64,000 nucleotides of DNA. It comes from Candidatus Bathyarchaeia archaeon. GTDB taxonomy: Archaea; Thermoproteota; Bathyarchaeia; Bathyarchaeales; Bathycorpusculaceae. The notes under the pieces were generated by a model that worked only from the letters and a program-made list of their open reading frames with translations, made no database searches and had not been told where the DNA came from. Location of the stretch: NCBI GenBank assembly GCA_038882975.1, contig JAVZNE010000001.1:64001-128000 (forward strand), given 5' to 3'. Every line of letters starts with the position of its first letter. Positions within the stretch are counted from its first letter, which is position 1. The translations under genes were made by a program, and so were the position numbers. Of this stretch, positions 37,417 to 47,359 are shown in pieces.

Positions 37417-38193
37417 TTGAAAATAATAGAAAGGATAGATCAGCAGGTAAGCCAAATAGAAGAGCTTGTAAAGGAGTTGAAGAGCGAGAAAAGTTACAGA
37501 GGAACAGAAAGGCTTGTACAACTAACAATTCAAGCGCTTCTTGATTTGGGGGTTATGGTGCTTTCAGCCGCGGGTGGAAGAACACCTAAAGGATATTCAG
37601 AAATAGGCACTCTGTTATTAGATCTGGGCATCTTAAATGAGAAGGATGCTAAAGTTTTAAGGTCCATGGCTGGCATGAGGAACATTCTGGTACACGCATA
37701 TGCCACAGTCGACAGAAACCTAGTGATGAATTCTGTAAGCAAACTCATGAAAGATGCTCCGAGAATAGCCAGAATACTTAGGGAAGGGATAAAAGGAAAA
37801 GACATAGACCCCCCAACCTTAGAATTTTCTCATAAAAATCTGCAAGAGGTGTTTAAGGGAAGAGTTAAGGCAGCTTTCTTGTTCGGTGGTAGAGCCAAAG
37901 GATACGCTTTGAAGGACGATTATGACATTTCCGTGTATTTCGGAAGGCCCCATAACTTATATAATTTGGGAGAACTCGTTGTGGACTTGGCAAAAGCCAT
38001 GAACATTGAAGAGGATAAAATTGACATTGTTGATTTGGATTCCGCGGCGCCGGAAATTGTGCTTGAAGCATTGAAAGGTATACCGTTATTTGTGGAAGAT
38101 GACTACGTGGTTTTTGAGCTTAAGGTTAAAGCCACTTTGGCGCTATTAGACATAAAGAGTGGAATTCAAGCCTACTACGAAGGTAAGTGCTAG
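37417..38193 (+). CDS. Fused HEPN (DUF86/HepT) + minimal nucleotidyltransferase (MntA-like) protein
   Basis: N-half ERLVQLTIQALLD...GMRNILVHAY (RX4HXY); C-half FLFGGRAKG...DYDISV...IDIVDLD. Confidence 0.82.
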   Translation: MKIIERIDQQVSQIEELVKELKSEKSYRGTERLVQLTIQALLDLGVMVLSAAGGRTPKGYSEIGTLLLDLGILNEKDAKVLRSMAGMRNILVHAYATVDRNLVMNSVSKLMKDAPRIARILREGIKGKDIDPPTLEFSHKNLQEVFKGRVKAAFLFGGRAKGYALKDDYDISVYFGRPHNLYNLGELVVDLAKAMNIEEDKIDIVDLDSAAPEIVLEALKGIPLFVEDDYVVFELKVKATLALLDIKSGIQAYYEGKC

Positions 38194-38197
38194 AAAT

Positions 38198-38392
38198 TTA
38201 TATTTCGCGGATTTCACATTTAAGCTTCTTTATAACCTCTTCAGCTTTTGAAGGCTCAACTTTTAGAGTGTAAAGCATTTTCGGCGTGCGAAGCTTCAGT
38301 TTCACAACATCTTTTAAGCGCTTGACTGCGCAGTATTCGGCTCTCTCGCTTATTTCAACGAACTTTTCTATGTCGAAGATTTCCGTCGGCAT
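38198..38392 (-). CDS. rpl38e: 50S ribosomal protein eL38
   Basis: MPTEIFDIEKF...VKLKLRTPKMLYTLKV pattern. Confidence 0.85.
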   Translation of the reverse strand: MPTEIFDIEKFVEISERAEYCAVKRLKDVVKLKLRTPKMLYTLKVEPSKAEEVIKKLKCEIREI

Positions 38393-38448
38393 GCTAAAGT
38401 CTCCAAACTGATGCTCTTTGCCGGTCTAATTTTTATCTGTTTTGGTCT

Positions 38449-39534
38449 TCACTTGCCCTTAAGCCTATCACAGAACTTGATAAGCTCTTTTTTGGTGGGA
38501 TGCTTGCCCTCGGGGTCTGATATGTAGTAGGCTGCGACAGCATTAGCCAACGTAAGCCTAATAGCGTCGCCCAACCCGTAAACTGTTCCAATTATGTTTC
38601 CAGCATTCCAAGCGTCGCCAGCACCGGTTGCCCTCAAAACTGGAACGTGAAAGGCGGGGACAAGCGTTTCTGTTTCGCTGGTGAAGGTTGCAGAATACTC
38701 TGTTGTGTGAAGGTCTATCCTCGCCCTTAAATGGGAAGCTAGAAACTTTGCAGACTCTTTCGCCAACTCTTCAAAATTCAAGCCTTTCTCGGGTTTTTCA
38801 GCTTTCCCTTTCAGAAGCGAAGCGAAAAAAACTGCCTCATTCTCGTTTAGGCTTAAAACGTCCACCAAGTCGCTTTGCAATACCCTTTCCAGCAGTTTTT
38901 TGGCTTCTTTCTTATTTGGGTTTGGGTCAGCGGTGTCAAAATAAGTTTTGCCTCTCCCCCTTGTTTTGGCATGATAGAAAACGGTTTCAGTCAGCTTCGT
39001 GCCATATTTTCTTGTTCCAGCCCAGTTGAAAACGCATGTGCAATCAGCCCTTTCTATGGTTTCAAAGTCTTCGACGTCTAGGTTTTGTGGTCCAAAATCT
39101 GCCAATGAGCCGACATCCCTAAGCATGACATTAACTTTACCACCATCCGTTTTGAATTCTAGAGCTGTTGTTATTGAGGGCTTTTCCACAATTTTTACAT
39201 GTTTTAGATCGATTCTAGGCGATTTTATATAAAATTTGATTAGTTGAAGCCCAAGCTTGTCCGTGCAAACTATTGGCGTGACCCTAACGCCTAGATTTGC
39301 CAAAGCAGCAGCAGTGTTTATGGCATTTCCACCCCTAAACTCTTTTTGGCTTATTCCATTTATGCTCCCACCCTTCCTTTCCACAACATCCATGAGGCTC
39401 TCGAAAAAGTGGTTTGCGCTTGTGTTTATGCTTACGAACCTGTCGATGAAGAAGTCTGGCATAACAACAACTTCTACTTCTCTCTGCCGACTTTTCAGAA
39501 AATCCTTAACTTCATCTAAATACTCATCCAACAA
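38449..39534 (-). CDS. PfkB/ribokinase-family carbohydrate kinase
   Basis: GGNAINTA, SLNENEA, ATGAGDAWNAG. Confidence 0.88.
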   Translation of the reverse strand: MLDEYLDEVKDFLKSRQREVEVVVMPDFFIDRFVSINTSANHFFESLMDVVERKGGSINGISQKEFRGGNAINTAAALANLGVRVTPIVCTDKLGLQLIKFYIKSPRIDLKHVKIVEKPSITTALEFKTDGGKVNVMLRDVGSLADFGPQNLDVEDFETIERADCTCVFNWAGTRKYGTKLTETVFYHAKTRGRGKTYFDTADPNPNKKEAKKLLERVLQSDLVDVLSLNENEAVFFASLLKGKAEKPEKGLNFEELAKESAKFLASHLRARIDLHTTEYSATFTSETETLVPAFHVPVLRATGAGDAWNAGNIIGTVYGLGDAIRLTLANAVAAYYISDPEGKHPTKKELIKFCDRLKGK

Positions 39535-39596
39535 GCTTTACGCCTTCCAAAACAAGGTATTGCCAACCAAACAGAATTAACTCTTTTGAAAAGCGT

Positions 39597-40418
39597 TTAT
39601 CCTCCCATAAAAAGGCGGACTAATGCCCAAACAACATCTCCGTAAACCAACGCCAAAACTAAGCCAGCTGTCATGAAAATGAGCATTGGCAGCCCGGGTG
39701 TCACCCAAACTTTTTCGGGGATTTTTCCAGCCTCAACAGCATTTTCCAGCCTTTTAACTATGGCTTCTCTCTCCTCGTCTTTTGGCAGAACCAGGAGCTT
39801 CCTTTTCATTCCGCCTTCTTCTGCGTTTTCCACATCTTCTAGGGGGTATATGTGCCATTTCTCCCTCAACTTTTTAATGTGAACCTTGTAGCCAGTAGCC
39901 ATAACCAAAAGCCTCTTGCCCACCGATGCCTTTCGCTGTTCACCCTCGAAGAGCGGGTTGCCAGTTTTTATGCGCCATAAAATGTTGTGGAATAGTAGGT
40001 ATATGGCTGTTAAGGCCGCCAAAATAACAGAGTTGCTGAAAACCGTTACTGGAAAAAACAAGTTCATTATTGGTGAGGCTTCGCCCATCAAGGGCATTAA
40101 AGGTTTTAGAAGCTCTGATGGGTAGAAGGGTAAAGCCAAAGCTAGACACATCAAAGCCTTCGCGTCTGCCCCGCCGAAGCCCCCAGCATAGAAGAGGATT
40201 ATGGCGAAGGCTGATGTTAAGGCGAAGCACAGCCCATAATAAGGGAGCATTGAGAAGTCGTGGAGGAAAAGTTCGGCGAAGGTTAGGGCGAAGGCTGGTG
40301 GGGCGAAAAGAATCCAGACGCTGTTGCTCACTTCCCGCGTTTTGTAGTCACTCCAAGAGGCATAAAACAAAACGGCTAATGAAAGGGCAATTTTTGCTCC
40401 AATTAACACCGCAATCAT
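39597..40418 (-). CDS. Prepilin/preflagellin peptidase (A24, PibD/FlaK-like)
   Basis: ASWSDYKTREVSN, GGFGGADAKAL (GxGD-type), VWVTPGLPM. Confidence 0.92.
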   Translation of the reverse strand: MIAVLIGAKIALSLAVLFYASWSDYKTREVSNSVWILFAPPAFALTFAELFLHDFSMLPYYGLCFALTSAFAIILFYAGGFGGADAKALMCLALALPFYPSELLKPLMPLMGEASPIMNLFFPVTVFSNSVILAALTAIYLLFHNILWRIKTGNPLFEGEQRKASVGKRLLVMATGYKVHIKKLREKWHIYPLEDVENAEEGGMKRKLLVLPKDEEREAIVKRLENAVEAGKIPEKVWVTPGLPMLIFMTAGLVLALVYGDVVWALVRLFMGG

Positions 40419-40521
40419 GAACTTTCCTCGCTAGAATATTATTTGCCCCTGTTTCAAATTGTTGCCAGAATAAGGAGGGCCGATGGGTGTTAAAACTTTT
40501 TCTTGGAGAAATTATAGGGTG

Positions 40522-40953
40522 TTATGGGGCTGTATATGGCTCTATTGGTGTCTCCTGTCCACCTTCAGCCACTGCCTTAAAGTAGTATGTTTTATGCGAT
40601 GTCCAGTTTTGGTTTAACGCTATTTCTACTGTTACATATGTTTTGGCGGCTAAAGGTTTGCTTCCTTCCCAAATTCTTTGGAGGTTGTACATGCTTTCGC
40701 CCATGTAAATACTAACTAGGTTGGTGTCTGAGGTGCCTGTATTCCTCACGGTAACCGTTACATTTTTGCTATTGTGGAAGTAGACGTTTTCAATTTCAAT
40801 CATTACGCCTGCCCGCTGTCCTGCGCCATGCATGTATATCATTATCCATGCGTATGTTACGACTATGGCGGCTACAGCTATTACTATTAGCAGGAGGGTT
40901 GCGAGGATTGGGGATATACCCCTTCTAGATTTCAAGAGGGTTTTGGTTTTCAT
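40522..40953 (-). CDS. Archaeal type IV pilin (probable major pilin)
   Basis: Class III signal SRRG/ISPILATLLLIVIAVAA, VRNTG; own TATA-like GTTAAATAAG upstream (about 40995-41004). Confidence 0.9.
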   Translation of the reverse strand: MKTKTLLKSRRGISPILATLLLIVIAVAAIVVTYAWIMIYMHGAGQRAGVMIEIENVYFHNSKNVTVTVRNTGTSDTNLVSIYMGESMYNLQRIWEGSKPLAAKTYVTVEIALNQNWTSHKTYYFKAVAEGGQETPIEPYTAP

Positions 40954-41044
40954 GGCGTGTGCACCTTCTGCTGGTTTATGAAATCTGAAGAATACTTATT
41001 TAACTTGTATGAACCCTCAATGTGGATTTCAAGTAAGTTTTGCA

Positions 41045-43414
41045 TTAGGCGATTACCTCCACCTTTGGAGGATGCTCAACAACAACCCACAAACCAACAC
41101 CATTCTTATAAATGAAGTCTGTGCCAGACTGAATCGTCACAACAGCTCCAAACCATGTGACATCGAGTGGAAACCTAAATGAGACTTGCCTAAGCCTTAT
41201 TGGAGAAAGCTCGACGGTTGTGCTCCTTTGCTGCACCTCTACTTGTACCTCGTATAACCTTTGAGAATCAGAATTGCTTCTGCTTTCAAGTTTTATGTAT
41301 CTGCCTTGAGCCTGAAACTGCCCGCTATTGACCCACCCATAACCGTCAATTCGCCCAGTCCATACTGCCGAACCCCAATTTTGGGGATCGTTGCTGACGT
41401 AGATGTTTATGCCGGCTGTGCTACCCCAATCATTGTCACCTTGGTAAATTCTTATCCTTGATATATTCATTGGCTCACCTAAGTCGTAGATTATCCAGTG
41501 GTAGCATGTTGAGCTGTGCCGCCAATAGGTTGAGGTGCTTCCATCTATAGAGTTCGCAGCGATATTGCTTCCGGATTCGCCGCATTTACTGTAAACTGTT
41601 TTAGGAATAATCCATTGTAGGCTCTGGATTGTTGCTACGTTTAAGACGCCGGTGCTTTGTCCTATAATTTTGTCAAAAAAGTAGAGGTTTTTGTTATTGA
41701 AGTCGTTAAAAATTATTCCAGCCCCGGAGCTACTTGTATAGTTATATTGGGTCCAATGGTGTTGCCACTTCCCATCAGAGAAATTGTAGAAGGCATAGCT
41801 ACCTACATATGTCTCATCTGCTAAGGGGATTCCATTGCTTGTACCGTTTTCAGTTAAAACCTTAAGTTTAGTTTTCCAATCGCTTGAAATTGTTATTGGG
41901 GTGAGGTTAGTTATTACCCTATCTTCCGGGCATGTTGAGGCGTTTACAAAAATCAGTCTTAAGGCGTATGTGTAATAGGTTGCGTTTGCCGGAAATGTCA
42001 GAACTATTTGGGCGTATGTGTTGGGAAAGCCCCAATTGTTGTAGCCTGACCATTCAGCCTCTTGCTGTATAATATCCCTCACAGTGCCGTTTATTATTGG
42101 GAATGATGGTGAAGCATAGAATTTCGCCGAATGCCCGTTTATCTGCATGAAGTCAGCTCTGCTTGTAGCAGTTTGAACGTAGAAAGTTCCACTACCGCTG
42201 TTGTAGGTTATGTTCACTTGAGTTAAACCGTTATTTAAGATGGCTACCGCTCCACCACCACTAGCACTTACTATTCTGTCATTAAAACTTCTCATGTTTG
42301 CGTAGGGTGTTTGTTGGGCATAGTCTCTTCCATCCCACCATATTGTCACATTTTTTATGTTGTGGTCTACTAGGAAGACTATCATGTTTCTGCTCGAAAA
42401 CAGTGTTTCACCGCTGCTCCTGCCAAGGGGAACTTTGTAGTTGGATGCCCAATCCTCAACTTGGAAGGGTATCTGTCTGGCTTCCAGATGGTTGGGATCT
42501 GCGTTTGCACTCACTCTTAGGCACTTAATTGGCAGTTGTGGGATGGGATATCCGTCTAGAAGTTTTTGTCCAAGCCATAGTATTGTCCCATTCTGGAGAA
42601 CTTCAACAACAATTTTATCGTTTCTTAGTTGGGTGTAGATACCTTGCATTCCAGTGGCGTTCCAGTCGAAAACATAAGTTATTTGGGGCTTTCTGCGTGT
42701 CGAATAAAAGCTGATGGTGATTATCCCTCTAGGATCTGAAACTTCCAGTAGGAAACATTTTTTGCCAACCACTTGGGGCGGTATACCTAAAAAGTATAGG
42801 TTGTTTTCAAACCAAGCACTTGAAGCTTGCTGCTTCATCCAGCTGGAAGTTACATTGTTATAGTAGTAGAATAGGAAGTTTTCTGCTGTTAGTCCAAGGT
42901 ATGGGCGATTTTCGTCAAGTGTGACGTTAACTTTAGCTGTGTTGTTTGTAACTTCAATTATTTCAACTCTTAAAGCACAGAAAGTATCATAGTTTATGTT
43001 GCTTAAGCGTAGGCTTAACAGGTCGTAGGATGCTTTAATATAGCCCATGCTGTAGCTGGAGGTTTCATACCAGCACACTGAAAAGTTCATGTCGGAAATT
43101 CTAATGGAAGGGTTAAACTCCGGATGGGAGTTAGCAATAAATTCAAAGCCACTGCTTAAATAATTGCGTGCTAAGCTTCGGGCAAAGGATGAGTTGCCAG
43201 TCACCTGCAGTACAGAGCAGTAATAGCCAACAGCGAACTCCAGCATCTGCTTCAAAGAGTTGTTAATTTCGTAAACTGATGATGAGACGTTGGTTTGCTC
43301 CTTGGGAAGTGAAAAGTTAATTATTGAGTATGTAACGGCAACGGCGGATATGAGAATTATGGCTAGCAAGGCGGCGGCAATTATTGAAAACTGCCCTTTA
43401 ACAGCACCATGCAT
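41045..43414 (-). CDS. Large pilin-like protein with F5/8 type C (discoidin) domain
   Basis: KG/QFSIIAAALLAIILI class III-like N-terminus; AANSIDGSTSTYW..HWIIYDLG..IYVSND.QNW..GRYIKL..YEVQV discoidin pattern at about 41240-41610. Confidence 0.75.
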   Translation of the reverse strand: MHGAVKGQFSIIAAALLAIILISAVAVTYSIINFSLPKEQTNVSSSVYEINNSLKQMLEFAVGYYCSVLQVTGNSSFARSLARNYLSSGFEFIANSHPEFNPSIRISDMNFSVCWYETSSYSMGYIKASYDLLSLRLSNINYDTFCALRVEIIEVTNNTAKVNVTLDENRPYLGLTAENFLFYYYNNVTSSWMKQQASSAWFENNLYFLGIPPQVVGKKCFLLEVSDPRGIITISFYSTRRKPQITYVFDWNATGMQGIYTQLRNDKIVVEVLQNGTILWLGQKLLDGYPIPQLPIKCLRVSANADPNHLEARQIPFQVEDWASNYKVPLGRSSGETLFSSRNMIVFLVDHNIKNVTIWWDGRDYAQQTPYANMRSFNDRIVSASGGGAVAILNNGLTQVNITYNSGSGTFYVQTATSRADFMQINGHSAKFYASPSFPIINGTVRDIIQQEAEWSGYNNWGFPNTYAQIVLTFPANATYYTYALRLIFVNASTCPEDRVITNLTPITISSDWKTKLKVLTENGTSNGIPLADETYVGSYAFYNFSDGKWQHHWTQYNYTSSSGAGIIFNDFNNKNLYFFDKIIGQSTGVLNVATIQSLQWIIPKTVYSKCGESGSNIAANSIDGSTSTYWRHSSTCYHWIIYDLGEPMNISRIRIYQGDNDWGSTAGINIYVSNDPQNWGSAVWTGRIDGYGWVNSGQFQAQGRYIKLESRSNSDSQRLYEVQVEVQQRSTTVELSPIRLRQVSFRFPLDVTWFGAVVTIQSGTDFIYKNGVGLWVVVEHPPKVEVIA

Positions 43415-43415
43415 T

Positions 43416-44759
43416 TTATACGCCTCCTAAAGCCGCCAGCTGTAAGATTATAAGCCTAGACTTTCCCGGAGCGGTGAAAGTTTCTTTGAAAATGTTCGGC
43501 TTGTAGTATATCAGAAGGGCTAGGGCGGCTATTCTAATGTCTGGTGTTCGTGTCAAGCCTATGGCTATTAAGGCGCCTTTCCCGCTGTTATGCCTGAAAG
43601 TTGCAGCAGCATAATACCCATAAACCGGATTGAAAATAGGAGCATACACTCCAAGGTTATATCGGCTTGTAATGCTGTTTGGTGCTCCTGGACCTGGAAG
43701 CGCTCTGCTTGCGCTCTGTTTTGACGCTGGATAAATCCCATAATAGTTAGTGCGATAGTAAGTTTCTGATGTAAATTGGACTTGTACGCCGTAATCTGCT
43801 GTTATATCTTTTGTTATCCATGTTGAGTCGGAGGCATAGTTCTCATTGTTTAATCCACGTAGAAAGGCGTTTAATCCCGGCGCTCCAACACTAACTATTC
43901 CGTATATTCCATAGCCGTTTTGTATATTGTAAAATCTAACGGTGTTTGTTACGTAAAAGAATGGGTAGCCAACTATGCTGATCCATTTCCAGTTATATTG
44001 CCTAACTTTTCTGCCCAATGTATAGCAGTAGCGTGCATAACCTCCACTTGAAGAGTAACCGTCGCCCTGCCGTGAGTAGCCTTGAGTATACTCTATGGGG
44101 ATTGGCACAACCTCACCGAAAGTGTTTATTATTATGGCGTCTGTGACGCTTTCTGCCGGGTTTGTTGTTAGCTTCGTTCCATCCAGCAAGCTGAGAAGCT
44201 GAGCAGTGCTGTTTACGAGTATTATTGTTTCGAAATATGGCTTAAGAAGGTTGTAGACGTCTTGGGCTAGCATTTGCGCCGTATAGCCAGTAATCCACCA
44301 TCCGTTGGCGTCGGCGCAATTCAATATATATAATGTTAGGTTTTTGCCACCTTCCGAAATTTTCTGGGCAACAGTCTTGTAGGTGACGTCTGGAGAACTA
44401 ACCATGTATGATACGGATTCGGTGAAGGAGACACGCCCAACGGTGTTGGAAATGGTTTTAACAGGAACATAAACTCCGTTTTCGGTAATTTCATAAACCG
44501 TTAGGTTGTAGGCTATGTGGGGCGGGAGACTTGCCGAAAGAACCGTTTGGAGCTCATTCCATTTGCCGTCGTCGTTGGAGAAGGCAACCTCACTTAAATA
44601 TCCACCAGTGTCAAGGTTTTTGACAACCGTAAGGGCTAAAGCCCTAAGATTAAGCGGAGAAACAGCCCTAGGCGAAGGAAGAACTATAAGGTAAGAGGCT
44701 ATGAAAAAAGCTGACAGCATTATAATAATAACAATTACGGATTCAATAGTCCTCATCAT
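43416..44759 (-). CDS. Minor pilin-like protein
   Basis: N-terminal MRTIE plus hydrophobic helix; within the pilus operon. Confidence 0.6.
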   Translation of the reverse strand: MMRTIESVIVIIIMLSAFFIASYLIVLPSPRAVSPLNLRALALTVVKNLDTGGYLSEVAFSNDDGKWNELQTVLSASLPPHIAYNLTVYEITENGVYVPVKTISNTVGRVSFTESVSYMVSSPDVTYKTVAQKISEGGKNLTLYILNCADANGWWITGYTAQMLAQDVYNLLKPYFETIILVNSTAQLLSLLDGTKLTTNPAESVTDAIIINTFGEVVPIPIEYTQGYSRQGDGYSSSGGYARYCYTLGRKVRQYNWKWISIVGYPFFYVTNTVRFYNIQNGYGIYGIVSVGAPGLNAFLRGLNNENYASDSTWITKDITADYGVQVQFTSETYYRTNYYGIYPASKQSASRALPGPGAPNSITSRYNLGVYAPIFNPVYGYYAAATFRHNSGKGALIAIGLTRTPDIRIAALALLIYYKPNIFKETFTAPGKSRLIILQLAALGGV

Positions 44760-44766
44760 GGTTTAT

Positions 44767-46008
44767 TCACCACCTATACCCAACCACCTGATAGCCCGTC
44801 AAACTCCAAAGGGCAAGCTTCGCCAGATAGGGGACACCACCAATCAAAACATGCCTAACATCAGTGGCAACCCATTCCCAACCATAAGGGTCACCACCAA
44901 ACTCCACACTAAAACTTAAAGACTGAACCATCCAAGGCATAATACTAACACCATACTCATCGGTATCATCTTTATAGCAGAAAACAACGAGGATCCCGGG
45001 TCTACTAAGATATCCCCCTGGAATTTGCGTTTCATTGAAGAATTTACCACCCTTACCAGAGGCGTAGTTTACATGGCCAACGCTCAAAACTGCGCCATTA
45101 TCCAAAGCCCATTCATTATCCAAGGCATAATACGTGGCGTTGTAATGCAAAGCAGCCATATTATTAGTCACTCTTACAGGGTAAGGATGCACCAAAAGCA
45201 AACTACCATTTGTCGTACTTTTAATAAATGGGATGACATGCGCAGCAGTTGTCCATGGATCCTTACACTTGTAGCCAATGCAAGTAAAATCTGCAAACTT
45301 AACATGTACGATAATCACATAATTTAAAGAGACGTTTAGATTTGGGTCTTCACTCCTTGAAAAGGTGAAGTAGGCTTCCCCTTTTCCATCGGTTTCATTA
45401 CGCAGAAGTTGAGCATACTTCTTAACTTTAGGGATATTGTCATCGACTCCAGTAACGTAGAGGAGGGTGCATTTAACCTCTGCACCCTCAATAGGTGAAC
45501 TAAAACTCCTAACGACAACCCTGACGTCCAAAGACGTCCCATCATGTTCTTGATTTTCAAACGTCACTTGAATTATTGGGTTTAAGGAGAGTCTGAAGCC
45601 GTACATCCTCTCTAAGCCAAGCAACTCTTGAGCTGTCTCATAATCAACACATTCGCTTGCCGGAACAAGCAAATAGCCGCCGAAGCCATCAGTTATGTTG
45701 CTATATTTTATTCCAGAGTCGGGTGGAAACTCCACCAATGGACCCGTTGCGGACAACAGTCTCATTACCAGGTAGGGGTCTAGGGTGTAGGGTTCAAGGT
45801 TGTAATCGCCTAACCCAAAAACTCCTGGCATATCGCCAAAGCTAAGCAATATATTGTCTAGGGTGTCGCTGCATTTAGTTGCGAGGTGCATGTGAAACTG
45901 GTAGAGGAGGGCATCGTGCATCACCTGCCCAAATAAGCCCATGAAAAGGGTGAAAGCCACTATGAGGACGGTTGTTGCGACCAGATGGTCAATGGTTGCG
46001 CTTACCAT
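44767..46008 (-). CDS. Minor pilin-like protein
   Basis: Start moved to ATG 46008 (SD GGAGGTGG); MVSATIDH plus hydrophobic helix. Confidence 0.6.
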   Translation of the reverse strand: MVSATIDHLVATTVLIVAFTLFMGLFGQVMHDALLYQFHMHLATKCSDTLDNILLSFGDMPGVFGLGDYNLEPYTLDPYLVMRLLSATGPLVEFPPDSGIKYSNITDGFGGYLLVPASECVDYETAQELLGLERMYGFRLSLNPIIQVTFENQEHDGTSLDVRVVVRSFSSPIEGAEVKCTLLYVTGVDDNIPKVKKYAQLLRNETDGKGEAYFTFSRSEDPNLNVSLNYVIIVHVKFADFTCIGYKCKDPWTTAAHVIPFIKSTTNGSLLLVHPYPVRVTNNMAALHYNATYYALDNEWALDNGAVLSVGHVNYASGKGGKFFNETQIPGGYLSRPGILVVFCYKDDTDEYGVSIMPWMVQSLSFSVEFGGDPYGWEWVATDVRHVLIGGVPYLAKLALWSLTGYQVVGYRW

Positions 46009-46009
46009 T

Positions 46010-46489
46010 TTAGCCACCTCCAAAACGGAAATGAAAAGCACCGCTTGAATCCTTTGTCACCTCAACAAAAGCACTTGTAGAGTTGCTAACAAAAACAGAA
46101 TTTGAATCCCAGCTCACATTGGGTCCAAGAGTGGCATAAGCTGTCACCCTAATGTTTAATTTAGCAACTGTTAAGCTGATATTCAGCCTAGCAGCTCCAC
46201 CCTCCCTTATGGGCGTCAACTCCCCCCTCGCAACATAATAGTATCCATCAATATACTTTGGCAAGCCAGGATCAAAGGTCACGGTGCCGGGCGGAATTGA
46301 CTCATGGTTTAGGGAGAAGTATAGCTGCTGAATTGAGCTTGCCAAACGGCTGGCAGCCGTCTCAGCTGTCAGCCTCCTCGTAGATTCAACATAAATGTTC
46401 GATAGAGTGATTGCCATTAACGGGAAAAGAAATATCTGAGCTATCAAAATTGGAATCAAGATTACATATTCAATTGTCACATGCGGCAT
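46010..46489 (-). CDS. Small minor pilin-like protein
   Basis: Start ATG 46489 (SD GGAGG); MPHVTIEYVILIPIL plus amphipathic helix. Confidence 0.65.
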   Translation of the reverse strand: MPHVTIEYVILIPILIAQIFLFPLMAITLSNIYVESTRRLTAETAASRLASSIQQLYFSLNHESIPPGTVTFDPGLPKYIDGYYYVARGELTPIREGGAARLNISLTVAKLNIRVTAYATLGPNVSWDSNSVFVSNSTSAFVEVTKDSSGAFHFRFGGG

Positions 46490-46504
46490 GTTCAATCCTC
46501 CCTT

Positions 46505-47359
46505 TTACGGATTAACACCAACCGCAACCTCCACTCTTCCCAAATAGAAAACAACTGTTGAAAAGCCGCCCAGATCGATTTCTTTATTAACAATCGTGTT
46601 TGGACCTTGAGGCGACTTCACAAAGAACCCAGCGCCATAGGCCGAAGAAGTCGTTACAAGAATCCTTATCTTTGTCGCATTCTTCGCATCCGAAAAGATT
46701 TGCTTGGAAGTGAATGTCACTGTTGGATTGTTCCCTCTAAAACTGGATTCATACAAAATTGGAAGGTACAGCCTATACTGCTTTTTCCCAGAAATGTTTG
46801 CCTCAACAATCCTTACACAAGGATTCAAAACCAGCCTCACAAAAGAGCCTGTTGACAGCTTTTCAACAGCATAAACCCTCGCAACCGATGCATTTGCTCC
46901 ACTAAATATAAGACTGTCAAGTGTGGCATCAGCTGGGTATATTAACTCCATATATCCATCGTACATGCTGTGTCTTGAAATGGGCATGTTATATGCAAGA
47001 ACGCCTGAAACATAAGAACCGAGGCGATACTCACCAGATGCATTCCTAAAATAGATTGTAAAATTAAGCATGTTAGGTAAAAAACTCATGCTTCCATAAC
47101 TCCTTGAATATCGAAAAGTCTGAGTGCGCCACGGAACCCATGCAATATCATCTATTTGGACTGCCGCTGCCTGCATAAACTGCCTGACAGAGGAAAATTC
47201 GTTTTCTGCAATTTTTGAATCACGAAGATTAATGGCGAAGTTCATAGCCACCAGTACAAGCACCACCACCGCTCCAGTAAGAATTACGGATGAAATTGCC
47301 GGACTGACGGCTTTTCCATTCCTTTTCAGTCCAACATTTTTATGATAGTTAAACCTCAA
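46505..47359 (-). CDS. Pilin-like protein with class III signal peptide
   Basis: KRNGKA/VSPAISSVILTGAVVVLVL. Confidence 0.75.
   Translation of the reverse strand: MRFNYHKNVGLKRNGKAVSPAISSVILTGAVVVLVLVAMNFAINLRDSKIAENEFSSVRQFMQAAAVQIDDIAWVPWRTQTFRYSRSYGSMSFLPNMLNFTIYFRNASGEYRLGSYVSGVLAYNMPISRHSMYDGYMELIYPADATLDSLIFSGANASVARVYAVEKLSTGSFVRLVLNPCVRIVEANISGKKQYRLYLPILYESSFRGNNPTVTFTSKQIFSDAKNATKIRILVTTSSAYGAGFFVKSPQGPNTIVNKEIDLGGFSTVVFYLGRVEVAVGVNP

Noticed and set aside
46489-46507. Stop-codon read-through fusing two in-frame pilin genes
   Set aside because: The stop is TAA and the downstream gene has its own GGAGG SD; the shared frame is probably chance
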